Origin: Utricularia gibba
Lineage: Eukaryota > Plantae > Magnoliophyta
Reading direction: 5' to 3'
NCBI GenBank assembly: GCA_002189035.1
Contig: NEEC01000002.1
Location: 1,984,001 to 2,048,000, forward strand
DNA length: 64,000 nucleotides
Position 1 is the stretch's first letter. The number at the start of each line of letters is the position of its first letter. The notes beneath the pieces are model-generated. The model was not told the DNA's origin, ran no database searches, and saw nothing but the letters and a program-made list of their open reading frames with translations. The translations under genes were made by a program, and so were the position numbers. This document shows, piece after piece, positions 26,208-40,000 of the stretch.

Positions 26208-29200
26208 ATGGAGCACGCCCTTTCTTCTCTTTCATATAAAGGTTCCATAGCTGAAGCAATTTCTGAGGCAAAACAGAACAAGAAACTTTTTGTTGTCTAT
26301 ATCTCAGGTGCAGTACTAGCCCCATGTGCTGGCAGCTTATGCATTTCAAAAAGAAAAATATATAAAATCCGATAAGGAAAACTCGCATGCTTTTCATGAA
26401 AACAGGCACAAAAACTGTACAGAAAGCTTCTGCCCAGATATCTCTCTATTATGTGGTGTATTCCACCACTTGTGAAAATATTGCCCCCAACAAAAATGAA
26501 CATAGTTAAAATGCCTACGTTAGCTAGTTGGTTCTGCGCTTTTGATTGTGCATGATTTTGAAGTTGCGCCTGAGTAACCTTGCATGATATTCCATGAATA
26601 TGTAGTTTGAAATGTTCGTGGATTCGAGTCCGCTGGCTAATAATGATGTAAAAAGATTTTCAGTCTCTTCTTTGACATTTCCTTTATGTGTCTTTGGGGG
26701 TTTTATAATTCTTACACTGCTCCTTTTCTTCATAGGTGATAATCTTGAGTCCAAAAGTTTGGAATCTACATGGCTTGATCCCACTGTATGTGTAGCCTTC
26801 TTGATTTCATGGAATGCAATTATTCGTGTTTTCTAGTTTCTCTATATTCATGATTTTAATAACTAAATACTGCTCCAGGTATCTGAGACATTGTCGAAAT
26901 ATTGCATTTTGCTTCACATTTTGGAAGGCAGTCCTGAAGCAAGGAGCTTCTCTGAAATATGTATCCTTTCTTTTAGGCATTCAGGACCGTTACGAATGAT
27001 CAATCCATAAGTGAATGACAATTTTTTTCCTTATATCAAACTCCAGATCCTCAACAATCTATCCCTTGTATAACAGTTGTTGGGTATAATGGAGCGCTGC
27101 TTTGGAAAAATGGTATTCCTGCCGTAAACATGCATTCAAGTTTTTCACTGTTTGAGATGCATTATTCTCCTTTTCCATTTTAATAGAGGGCCTTGTCGGT
27201 GCTGATGTTCTTGCCTCTAGTCTTGAGAAGGCATGGCTGAATATTCATTTTCAGGTGAGTTGTCCTGTTATTTAGATTATAGAGCTTATCCTTTTAATTG
27301 TATTCTGTAGCATCCTGGTGTCTTGTTTGGATATTTTCCATTAATATATTTCATTCAATATCGCAACTCTCTGTACCATTTGTTCTGATTATCTCTTTCT
27401 ACTTTCGCTTATGATGCTCGTATCTGTATTCAGGAAACTACTGCAGCTTTCTTGACAGCTGCACTCTCATCAAGAGAGCAACTTAGTGGTGGAATTTCGA
27501 GACCTTCTCCATCTGGACAGGTTAATCCAGAGCTACATTCAGCAACGGGTGATCATGACGTTTCTCTGGATGCGGCAAATTTAGTCCATTTGGAGACAGA
27601 TAAGAATGATTCCCATGAAGCAAATAAGGTTGCTGAAGTATTTTGTTTTGTTTTTTTAATACCAAATGATTTTTCTGTTAGCTAATTCCAGCCAGTATCC
27701 TGTGCACAGGATATAGCTTCCAAGCAGGATGGAGGAGCTTCCTCCAAGCTGCATTCTGCAAGCATGTTGAATGATGGTGAATTAGATGATGGCTCTGCAT
27801 CTGTAGTTGAAACTGGAGACACAATGGGGGATTCATTAGTGAAAGGTAAAAATGATTTTGAATTAAGATCTCCTGATCCAAGACGTTTACCTAGCATAAG
27901 TGAGGTTTCTTTGAAGAACTCCAATGCTGCTACTTTGGTAGCGTCTTTCAACACTGATGATGATGTGAGAGATAAAAATGAAGTTACTGAGATGATTGTG
28001 GAAACTTCTTGCGTTGTTCCAAGTGGCAATATGGAGAATACGATTGAAGATAATAGATCTGCAGACTCTGGTTCTTCTGTCACGAACTCAAGTGTTGTTT
28101 TCCTCAATATTAGACTGCCTAGTGGTTCTAGCTCTCAAGCCCAGTTTTCAGTGAATGACACCTTGAGAATGGTCAAAGATTATGTAAGCAAAAATGAAGG
28201 AAGGGATGTTGGTTCTTTGGATATAGCCATTCCCTACCCTCGTAAGGTTTTCGATGATCAAGGTACATTTTATTTGTCAATGCTTACATGTAGTATGGAT
28301 TTTATATGTTCTTGTAGTTTTATGGATCATTTGCAAATAAATCTCCATCGCTCCCAGAGATGAACATTAGGCTTGCCTCATTTTTTTTTCTCCAGAGTAA
28401 TTAAGTAATTCTGTATCAATCTAGAAACTTGGAAAGGCCGTTGTTATGTGTATAATTCAGCTCACCTCGAACACGTATTGGGGTATATTATTGTCATCTT
28501 CATGTTTTTAACTTCACAAAATTGTCCGAAATATACATTCAGTCCCATGTTTTAATTGGTATCTTCATGTTCCTAACTCCTAGAATTTCTTCAGATTTGG
28601 ATAGAACGTTATCTGAACTTGGTTTCTTCAGTAGACAAGCATTGATCTTGGTTCATCGTAATACTAGTCCACACTCTGCTGGAGGACCTTTACAACGTCA
28701 AAATTACTCTGTAAATGATGCTGATGCTTCAATTCCAACGGAGGGATACTGGGCCTCACTGCGAAGGATATTTTCATATGTCAACCCTTTCTCATATCTT
28801 ACCCGATACTCAAGTTCACAAAGTGTCCCGCAAGGGTTCGAAAATAGAAGGCAGACTGGTGAGTTCTCTGTATTTAAAACTACCTCCATAGCCCAGGTTT
28901 TTCAATGCAGATGTCCAAGGTAGTTTTTTTGACCGTAGGCAAATGGTTTACACACAAGTGGATTTTGGAGTGTTACCTATTGCAAATGCTTGTTATGAAC
29001 TAGGACTCGGATGTTGACTCAAGATGTTTGATATTGCTCTACAACTGACCAGCAACCTCGGTTTCCCCTGACGCAGGATCGAGTCCTCAAACCGGTGGTG
29101 ATGGAGGTGCGCCACCACCATTCAGCCCATCTCAGCCACCTCGCCCATCTGTGACCAGACAGCTGCCTTCTCGTTTCGGGGCCAACATCCACACTTTGAA

Positions 29201-29294
29201 TCATGAAGGTGAAAATGATCACTCCAGTGACAGGAACACATTCTGGAATGGGAACTCAACTGAGTTTGGAGGCGATGACGATGATGGTAAATGA
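26208..29294 (+). CDS. PUX11: Plant UBX domain-containing protein 11-like (UBXN4/erasin family)
   Basis: Shows an N-terminal YKGSIAEAISEAK...LFVVYISG, FSEIYPQQSIPCI, a UBX domain (IRLPSGSSSQAQF...AIPYPRKVF) and the C-terminal NTFWNGNSTEF motif of the UBXN4 family. Confidence 0.9.
26961..27046 (+). other. U12-type (minor spliceosome) GT-AG intron in PUX11
   Basis: The donor reads /GTATCCTTT, a TTCCTTAT branch-site-like motif lies about 12-20 nt before the AG, and there is no pyrimidine tract. Removing the intron restores the reading ...SEI-Y-PQQ. Confidence 0.8.
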
Positions 29295-30887
29295 TATACC
29301 CCAAGTAACTTACTGAAGAAGAGCCCTGCTCTTCCTACACCATGGAAACCACTCGGTTTCTTTGCTTCCTTGTGGCTACTGAACTCTTATAGCAAAAACA
29401 CTCAAGATGGGATGTGCTACTGTGCTGTACAAACGATAATGTGCCATGGGATGTGTTGTTTCGTGCATCGCTGAATCTTCTATGGTAGGCACTTGAATGG
29501 CATAGGCTCTGCTAGAAGGTGTTTCAAAAGGATCTTGTTATTAAATACGAATTATTTTTGTGTTTAATAATTTTAAAACATTTTTATTTTAAAAAAAATT
29601 GTAAATTTTGAGTTTCTATTTTTTCAATAACATTTTCAAAATATGATCTGTTAAAAATTATATGAAACGCAACTATATTTCTACTTAAACACAAAAATAG
29701 ATGGAATTAAATTTTTATTTAAAAATTCAAAACCTGTTAATTAAAAGAAATATTAATTTGTATTTATTATTTAATTATAAATATAGTTTTCTTCATGTTC
29801 AAATGTTTTACAAAACTATACATTTTTTGAATTTAAAAAATTTAATCATTAGTAAAAAAATCATTATATTATTTTGAATATTTTCTAGAAATAAAGAGTT
29901 TAATTTTAAAATTGAAACAAAGAAGAATTCATAAGTGAATATTTTTGTTGGGTTTTATTTTCATATATATAGATATATATTAATTGAATGAATGTGTTGC
30001 ATTTATTATGGAATTTTTTCGCACCTTGGGGGTTCAGGCAACCAGGTAATTTTTATTTTATTTTACAAAATGAAAAAAATTGAATTATAAAATAACGCCA
30101 TTGGAAAGTGGGTTTTGGTGACGTTGAGATCTCACCAAGATAACGCCTTGTGTTGAATGGTAATCTCTTTTCCCTTTGTCATTCCGTGTTTCAACATTCG
30201 CCAGCAGCAGCAACGAACAGAAGGTATTTGTAGAGATCACGCCTGCCCCCTCTGTCTCTTTCTCCTTACTTGCTTTGTAGTATTTGAGCTGCACACACTT
30301 ATTAACATAATTGTGTCAGCAGGGCTGGCGTTTTCTAAATCTTTAGACATTGAAGCAAACCCGGAGAATTAAAGGTGAAGAATTGGAGAAACCCCATGTT
30401 TTTTTCCCGATTTTTTGTATTGTTTATGACGGTTTATTTGCCAATAATTGCTAGTGTTTTGTGATCTGATTGTGGTGGGTGTCTTTCAATTATTTTGGTA
30501 ATCCCTACTTTGGGTATTGGATCTGTGCTGTTTGGATCTATCCTATTCTTCTATTTGTTTTATGGGAATCGGAATGGAGGCTCGTCGTGGTTTTGAGGTT
30601 GGCCATTAATTGATGTGGTCAAATGAGTTTGGTTGAAGGTGATTATTTCACCATTATATCTCAAAATGAAGTTTTCGTATTTGCTTTGGAGCCTGTGAGG
30701 AGCGAAATTGTTTTGAAATTTCTTCTTTCTTAATCTGCTCAAATCGTATATTTCTTTCACTTTTTTTATTATAAATTGTGGTGCTAGATTTCTTCACTGA
30801 ATTCAACTTCTTGTAATACACTCAGGAAGTTGCTCCCCGACAAATAGGGGGTGCTAAGGACTATTTTCATTTGATATAGTGAAAAGG

Positions 30888-33045
30888 ATGCGTAAGTTTC
30901 TGTGCTGCTGTTGCAACTGTCAAGTAGAGGAATCGTACCCACATGATGAAGATTATCATCTCAAAAGCCATGGGTATAATGCTGATGGTATGTAGCTGTA
31001 TTGAAGTTTCATGCTTGCACGATGTGCTTCTTTGGGCATATTTTCTTTTGATTGATGTATACCTTGTGTTGGCTGATCGATTCAATGCAAGAAACTTGGT
31101 GAAGTTTCCTTTTTAAAAAATCGCCCTGATAATGAATTTTAAATTGTTTTATTCATGAAAAAAAATAGTTGAAAACTCTCTCTAGATTGAATTGGATTTC
31201 ATAGCTGCAGCGTTTTATAGACTTGCAAAGATGACTTTGATTTAGCTGATTAACTGTGATATATGAATACAGGTAGCATGCTGCTACTGTTTTCAGCCTG
31301 ACTTTCATTATGCATATGAAGAAGTGGGACCACTTGAATTTTTAGAATTTTAAATGATTTCTGTCTACCACAATCGTGTGCTTCATCTCAAGGTACTTCT
31401 GTGTTCCAAAATCAGGGAATCAAAAGGGATCAAAAGCTTCACTTCCCATGAAAGCTGATGCTCAAACTGCAGTCCCTCCTATAGAGGTAACTGCTCTGTC
31501 TATTGAGGAGCTAAAAGAGAAAACCGACAATTTTGGTTCAAAAGCCTTAATTGGTGAAGGGTCATATGGGCGAGTGTACTTTGCACAACTAGAGAATGGC
31601 AAAGAAGTAGCCATTAAAAAACTTGATGTTTCATCTGAGCCTGACACAAATACACAGTTTTTGACCCAGGTAGAAGAGCGTTCTTTAATTTCGTCCTAGA
31701 TATTGTTTGCCGTCATGTTTTCTGCAAACCTGAAACATTGTATTGTCCTGATGTTTTATATAGGTTTCAATGGTCTCAAGATTGAGGCATGAAAATCTTG
31801 TTGAATTGCTTGGATACTGTGTGGATGGCAATATTCGTGTTTTGGCTTATGAGTTTGCAACCATGGGGTCTCTGCATGATATTCTGCATGGTATGTAGTA
31901 AGTATTAGTTGTGATTTTCAAATATTTCTTCAAGGCTTACAATATGTCTTTAAAAGGTAGGAAAGGAGTTCAAGGAGCACAGCCAGGACCTGTACTTGAC
32001 TGGATGCAACGGGTTAGGATTGCTGTTGATGCAGCAAGAGGCCTCGAATATTTGCACGAGAAGGTTCAGCCTTCGATAATCCATAGGGATATCAGATCTA
32101 GCAATGTACTTCTATTTGAGGACTACAAAGCCAAGGTTGCAGATTTTAATATTTCCAATCAGGCTCCTGATATGGCTGCTCGTCTTCATTCTACCAGAGT
32201 TTTAGGAACTTTCGGCTATCACGCACCAGAGTAATTTCTCCAAATATTATATTTCTCAATTTGAATTACACTCTGAAGGGTCTTTGTTATATGAAATAGG
32301 ATTACCCGCTGACAGGATAAGTAATTGGAATCCTCATTTATTTTAATGTCCTGCTGTTGAATGTGACCTTATTTCTATTCAAGGACTACACAAAGAAATT
32401 CATGCTTCTTTTTTTTTTCTTTTGCTCGAGCAAATTCTTGTTAACGCTTTCGAGTTCCCTTGACATGGATGAATGTTCTTCCAGTATTTATTCACATTTT
32501 TGTTCCACAGGTATGCAATGACAGGACAGCTGACTCAGAAGAGTGATGTTTATAGTTTTGGGGTCGTTTTGCTTGAGCTTCTAACTGGACGCAAGCCGGT
32601 CGATCACACCATGCCTCGCGGACAGCAAAGTCTAGTGACCTGGGTGAGAACATTTTGGTTTCTTTTGTATGCATCCTCTCTCTGGTTTCTTTTTTGTTGA
32701 TGCAAGGAAAATTTTTTCAACAAGTTTATACCTTTCATTGTATTAGGCCACTCCACGGCTGAGTGAGGACAAGGTGAAGCAATGTGTTGATCCAAAGCTC
32801 AAGGGAGAGTATCCACCTAGAGGGGTTGCCAAGGTTGGCTTTCTTTCTCAACCCCACATCTCATGAAAGAAAAGGGAAAACTCTGCTCATCTCCAAGCAT
32901 CCTTCCTCCATCTCTAATTTTGCAGCTGGCTGCAGTCGCGGCATTATGCGTACAATATGAATCCGAGTTCCGCCCAAACATGAGCATCGTCGTGAAGGCT
33001 CTGCAGCCTCTGCTGAGGCCAACTGCACCTGCCCCAGAGGCATAG
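30888..33045 (+). CDS. PTI1: PTI1-like receptor-like cytoplasmic kinase (RLCK VIII)
   Basis: Shows an [10 protein letters not shown]-terminus, [40 protein letters not shown] and [21 protein letters not shown] across seven in-frame coding exons. Confidence 0.95.
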
Positions 33046-34045
33046 AATCCATGAGGGATGGATACTGGTCTGATTCTGCAGGTATACACACTGCACTGGT
33101 ATGCAATGACTGGAGCTCATGGTTACTGGTTTGCTTTGTTGGTATTTTTTTTGTGGGTTGCAGCCATAAGTCGTCTGTATTGGTGTGTTTCTATGCATTC
33201 TCTATGGTTCTGTGGGTTGATATGTCTGCGTGTGTTGTGCTGCTGCTGCGTACCTTGACACCACTTCGGTGCTTTAGACAGGTCTCTAGTCTCCACTCTC
33301 CACTGATTGATTTATTGGAATTCTGTCTTCGATTTACCAGTGGAATGAATTACTCTATGCATATTTGGAAAGCCATTGGTGACCAGTGTATTTGAATTCA
33401 TTATTTTAAAAACCATTGATTCTATGTCATAATTAAAAATGTTCTAAGTATTGGTTAAAAAAATCATAATTGAATCTTTTTGGGTTTTAAATAACTCAAG
33501 TTTTGTTTGATATGAAAATATAAGATTGATTTATAATAGGTTTAATGAAATTATGTTGTTTGGTATATAAGTATCATTATATTAATATGGATATATGTAT
33601 ACTTAGGAGGATATCTAAGTATTTTTATGTTTATATTCTGAATTTGTCTAAACTTAAATAATTTAAATTCGTGAAAATTTAAATTAACTAACTAAACAAA
33701 GCTTCAGTATCTCGAATTGTTAAAAGAATTATGTAATTAAATTGTAATTTTTAAAACATAAATATCATTTTTAAAAGTAATTCATAATTTTTTTGATCAT
33801 TTAAAATACTGTTCTAAAACGGGTTTGACAGTTGCATCATAAAAAGAAATAAAATAAACGCTGGTTGATCATTTAAATAGGTTTTAAAATATATTTTTAA
33901 TTGTAAAATTGTTTACTTAATTGATCGGTTAACCCGGTTGGGGTCCCGTCCCATTCCGGGTTTATACCGACCACATTCGGCTTCAAACGCCGGATTTTCC
34001 CGCTGGAATCAGGAGAAGGTGATCGGTAGGGCAAAACGTGGAGAG

Positions 34046-37000
34046 ATGGATGATGATTGGGAGTTAAGCGCGGAGGAGTTGGATTCATTGGAAAGGGAAG
34101 CTCTGAAGCAGCTGGCTGAGAGAAATCGCTCGTCTGCCTCTGCCACCTGTAGTAATGGCGGCATCAGCAGTACAATCGGTGGGTCTTTCCCGTCGGAAAA
34201 CGCGAGCTCTTTCCGTTGCCATGTGCAACCGGATTTTCCTGGCCTGGGAAATAATGAGAAGGTCCGTGATTGTCTCGTCTCATCTTCGACTTGTTTTTTC
34301 CGGCACTAGTGTTAGGGCACCATTGGAAAGAGATGACATTTTCTGTATTTGAGTTGAATGTAGTTGTGATTTGCTCATATCGTATATTCGTGGCATTGCT
34401 TCCAGCGTAAAACGGTAGCCCATCAGCCAAGCTATTGTGAATGGTTTCTTTTTATATCTTGATTATTTTGGGGAAAAGCCCATCCACGTTTCTCTCTCAC
34501 TCCTAAGTTTTTTTTTTTTTCTATTTGTTTGTTATACGAGCTTAGGACATCATTCATTCTGTAGTTCCAATACTCTTCCACAAATCCATGTGTCTGAAAT
34601 GGTCGATCCAAATCACACTGGTAGGATTGTCATGCCAGATTATGTCGGATTCCTACCCATTATCTTGATAGCTATTTCTAATTATAGTAGTGACACATTT
34701 AGGATTGATCAAGTGTGTCAATATCACTGCAAATTGTAATGTGACAAGATGGTTGATAGGGATTGTACGCAAGCCCAAGCCCATAATGTAGTCGACAAGG
34801 CCAAGCCAGTTCCCCTCTCACTCATTTCTCTTTAGTATACCAGTAGGTCATCACCCCACACCACCTTCAGACTTGTTATTTGTCAAAAGACTATGTCACG
34901 CTAAACTGAATTGTTTCTAGTGGCAGATAAGTCACTATGGCTGATAATTGGCTCACTGGCTGTTTTTATTGATTTGACCCAGATATACAACTCATCAAAA
35001 CAAAGAATGTCACCACATTCTCTTGGGTCTGAGTTTGCAGGTGGACTTTAGGCATTGATTTTGCTTCTTAGTGGTTTCTTTCGTGTTTCCCGTTTATCTG
35101 ACCTTGCTTCTCTCTTTTTTTTTTTTTTAAATCCTATCACTGCGTGATGGCTAAAACAACTAGTCACCCAAAAATCCGATGGTCCTTCAGAGCAATCAAA
35201 GATGAAGTGTATAGTTAAATTTTATTTGCACGCCACTGGATATATTGCAGCAAGGTTCCAGTATGACAAGGTATGCATCACTTTTGGTGTATCACGAATG
35301 TGAAGATCATTTTTCATTAGGATGTTGTAATTTGTATTTTTGTACACTTCAGCTGGTTGTTGAAGCATTCCGCAAGATTTCTGGGGCGACTTGGAGCACA
35401 AAAGAGAGGTTTCTCTGGCCTTATGAATATCTCAGTGCTAGTTTCATGGCAGAGATAGGCATTCTTGTTGCATTTTGTTGAGTGCAAGCAAGAAGATTTG
35501 GCACTTCTATAATTTTAACAATCATTTTTATATATTGGGTTCAACTGAATTTTCATCCCTATACATCTTCTGCAGATTATGGACATTTCCCTTATCATCA
35601 TTATCAACAGCAGAAAGTTTACTTCGTGATCTTCCAGGTGCTAATGTTGAGGTGACGTTTGGTAATCTGGAATGTTCATCGTGTTTCGTTTTGTGATCTT
35701 GTCTTGATATCCACATCCCTTTGTACTTGTGATGCATGCAAATAATCTAGTCTTGTGGTGATGTAGAATAGTGTATGCTAGAGAAGATAATGTAAATTAT
35801 CTGCTGCGCCCTGCAGATAGAGAACTTGGATCCTTTGGTAAGACGTGCACTTACTGCAGCAGCTGCAGTTCCTGATCTTCAAGGTAAAATAGGTTTTCAA
35901 GTTGAACCAGTTCTTGACTTCTCTCTTGAAGTCCTTTGAATGAGCTAAGCGCATCACAGAGTTTCCTTCTGTTGTTTCTGCCCTTCACATACTTGAGGAA
36001 GGAAAATATTTGTTGCGACAATAAATTCCATGCCAAGTTCGTTATTACAAGAGAGATTAGAAGAAAATACCGTCTACAATTTATAGCATATTTTAGAGTT
36101 TCATTGCTGATATTTAAGTTTCGAATTTCCGTTTTATAGGCCTGTACATAAAGATACCTATCTCAATAGAATCAAAACTTATGCCTTTTCAACGAGAAGG
36201 TGTCAGGTATGCCATTGTGTGCATTGATGACGGCTCTGTTGACTGGATAAAAACAGTCACATGAGTCTATTTGAACCACTTATCGGAATATGAAGTCATT
36301 GTTAATTTGGGCCTGTCAGATTTATATTGCAGCATGGAGGACGAGTCCTGCTAGCAGATGAAATGGGTCTTGGGAAGACTCTGCAGGTTGAATTTCACCA
36401 GGTTTTTGCTTAGTTTCATATGCATTTGTTTGTAACTGTGCATCATATGCTATGCTTAGAAAATTGTTCATTCCACAATTGCATGGAAAAGTAATAGTAA
36501 GGTCAATGTCCTCTATTTCGAACATCAAAATATGCCTGAACGCAAGAAGTGGGCTTTTGATTGCTCTGTCAAATGAAATCTTCCTTAGGTTTATGACTTT
36601 ATCACAATGACTGTGATCGTCTCACCCTGGAAATAAATTAAGATGCATAGAAACTGCTATTTTTTTTCCTTCAAATGTTTATTGCGTGACTTTTGATCCA
36701 GTTGTTACAATTAGTCAGTTCAATTCTTAATGTGTCTTCTGAATCGTATGTTGAAAGCCTGGAGTGATACTCTTTGTCAATCTCCACTTTACAACAAAGA
36801 GCCTATTTAGGTACCCTTTAGAAAATCCTTCGAGCCTAGCTAAATTAATTGTTCAGGGAGACCTAGAAAGGAATGTGTTAGGGATGGACTATTAAGAGTA
36901 TGTGTCATGGAAAGCTATATAAAAATGGATTTTTCCCTAATGCATATTGATATGTTAATTATGAACTAATGCTATATGTATGTGTTCATTTCATTGATGA

Positions 37001-40000
37001 AACTCACAGGCGCTTGCTGTAGCATCGTGCATTCAAGAAGCCTGGCCAGTTCTAGTTCTTACCCCATCTTCATTACGTCTGCATTGGGCTTCAGTAAGTA
37101 TCCTTAGTGTTTGTTGTGGGTTTAGGGTGTTTCTTTTGGTCTCAAGTAATTACTGGCTTAAAGTTAAAAGCCATTTATCTTCTTTAATGCAGATGGTTCA
37201 AGACTGGCTAGGCATTGATCCATCGGATATACTGGTATACTATATCATATTACTTTGATTTTCATAGCCATTCAGCTCGTCCTTTTGTGGATTTGAAATA
37301 GATATCCTATTTTTGTCACTTATGTGTTTCCTTCGTAAAATGATGGACATACATTTAATGCAGTTGGAGGGAAAACCTAAAATTTATTTTGTAGGAAGTT
37401 CATGATGTTTATCCTGATGCGAACATGAAATCATAATTCAATTGATTCTATGTTAGATATACACATTTAGTGAAACTCGTCTTTAGAGATAAATAATGTT
37501 ACAGCCAACCATGTTACTCATTCCAGATTCGGTGTTGCTACATGTTCCATTATGCACCCTGTTCCATATGGCTAGTTTGCTTGTCTTACATAGAAAATGA
37601 CTTACCACGACAAATTTCTAATTGTGCTAATGGGGTTCGACGTTAATAATCATTTTCCAATGCATTTTTAAGGTATATTTTGAGTCACTCTGATAAGGAG
37701 GAATGGTCAGGTGGTTTTGTCACAATGGAGTGGATCCAACAATGGACGATTCAATATTGTTTCGTCAAGCAATAAGTGGCAGTTGAATTTTGATGGACTC
37801 TTCAATATAGTATCCTATGATATTGTCCCCAAGTTCCAAGAGAAACTTATGGCTTCCCATTTCAAGGTTGCATTCTAAAACCGGCTATGTTGGTTTTGCA
37901 GTTATTTATTTGTTGTTCGAAACTCTTATTTACAATTTGCCTTTTCCTATTTATTTGTCTGAACTTGTGAGGATCTTGTATTGAGATCTGCATTTCATTG
38001 TTTCATTGTTCATTTGCTTACACTGATTGTAAACGTGCTGTCTTTTGTTTTAGGTTGTAATTGCAGATGAGTCACATTTCCTGAAAAATTCACAAGCAAA
38101 GCGAACAAATTCCACTATCCCAATACTACAGGTTCATCTGTGTTGTCATTGTAAATGTCTCTGAATAGAAAATTGTTCTCTTATAGTCTCTTTAAGAAGT
38201 ATAGTTTAGGGATTAGTTCCGTGCCTGTGCTTGGGCTCTTATTTGCGTCACAGGACTATTCATTGAAAATGAGTTCTCAAAAATACACATACTTGGTTTT
38301 TATTGCTTATTTTATGCCAGTCTTATTCATATTTTTCTCTTGAATTCATTGTTGTCTATGTTTTTTTTCTATGGATTATTACAATGTTGTATTGTTGTGC
38401 TAATGTGGATAGAAAGCACAGTATGTGATCTTGCTCAGTGGAACTCCTGCATTATCTCGGCCAATTGAACTGTTCAAGCAGGTATAAATTAAGAAACTAC
38501 AGAACTACTCATATAGTGATAGGCAGGCTTTTTCAGACCTTATCACTTCCTTCTTGCTCCCTCTTGTGTTTAGAAATAAGAAAAGTTGCAGATTGATCCA
38601 TATGAACTAGATCAGTAAGAGAAGTTAAACTCCAGAACTAGGTTTTTGATATGATAAAACTCCCTTCTACATCCGTCCACCTTAGTTGAATAAACAGCAA
38701 ACATCATTGTCCATAAGTGCTATTTAAGATAATCCGAATATAACTCAATTTTGTTGTTGTACTTCATTGTAGTTGGAAGCTCTGTATCCTAATGTTTACA
38801 AAAATGTTCATGAGTATGGTACTCGCTATTGCAAGGGGGTAAGTCATTTTTTCTCTAATCTTCTTGAGCATTTTGACATCATGCTCTATCATTTTTAGGG
38901 AGTTTTTGGCCTTTATCAAGGTGCAAGTAATCACGAAGAGTTGCATAATTTGATGAAATCCACACTAATGATCCGCAGACTCAAGAAAGATGTTCTTTCT
39001 GAGCTTCCGCAGAAGCGTAGGCAAAAGGTACTTAACATCTTCAATATAATTGCATAAATTTACCAATAATTTTCATCCGACAATCATATGGATAAACATG
39101 GCTTTTAATTAGATGTTCGTCTCCTGTATTTGCATGCATAATTTAGCAGTCTTAAAGTAATAAAACAGTGAGTTTTAAACCCAAAATATTGTTTCTTGTT
39201 AAGTCCAGCTTTTTTCTAATTCCATTCTGCAAATCAATGGTTAATAATTTCTTAAGAAGTTAGTTTTATTAGTCTTTTTTGTGTGATTGTGCAAATTAAG
39301 CTGCCCCTCCTACTAAAAAATAAGTCTTCTGAAAGATGCCTCCAGCAGACATGCTCTAGGTTATTAGGATTCTAGAGTTGAGAAAAGAACGAGCTTTACA
39401 CATTTTGTGGTTCATACAGGTTTTCTTAGAGTTGAAGGAAGATGAAATGAGAAAAATGAATGCTCTTTTCCGTGAGGTAATGTCTAATGTTTATGTTAAA
39501 TGCTTGGGAACTAATATTGTTTCTTATATCTCTGATTCATTGATCCAAATCTATTTATTAATTTTTTTTGGCAGTAATATTGTTTCTTATATCTCTGATT
39601 CATTGATCCAAATCTATTTATTGATTTTTTTTTTTTCCTTTTGGCAGTTGGATGTTGTGAAAAAAAAATTAAAATCATGCCAATCCAAAGAAGAAGCTGA
39701 TTCACTGAAGTTCACTGAGAAGAATCTTATCAATAAGGCAAGCTTTTTCTATTACATACTTTCGCCATATTCTTTCTCTTAAGCTTTCCAAAATTTTGCT
39801 ATTGAGATTCTTCTTGTTTATGAACACTCCAAAGTGTTCAAGATAGAGTGACAACCAGGGTGGATTGTGCTTGTACTTGACTCTCATCATTTGATCTCCA
39901 GATTTATAATGATTCTGCCGATGCTAAGATTCCAGCGGTTCTTGACTACCTGGACACTGTAACTGATGTAATAACTCAGATTTTCTCCAAGTTTTCTGTT

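Noticed and set aside
30157-30372. 71-aa ATG ORF upstream of PTI1
   Set aside because: It has no recognisable homology and appears to cross leader exon/intron sequence, so it is likely a chance ORF.
37098-37106. GTATCCTT (U12 donor-like) in SMARCAL1
   Set aside because: The frame requires the GTAAGT donor 4 nt upstream (LHWAS|MVQDW), so this is a U2 intron.
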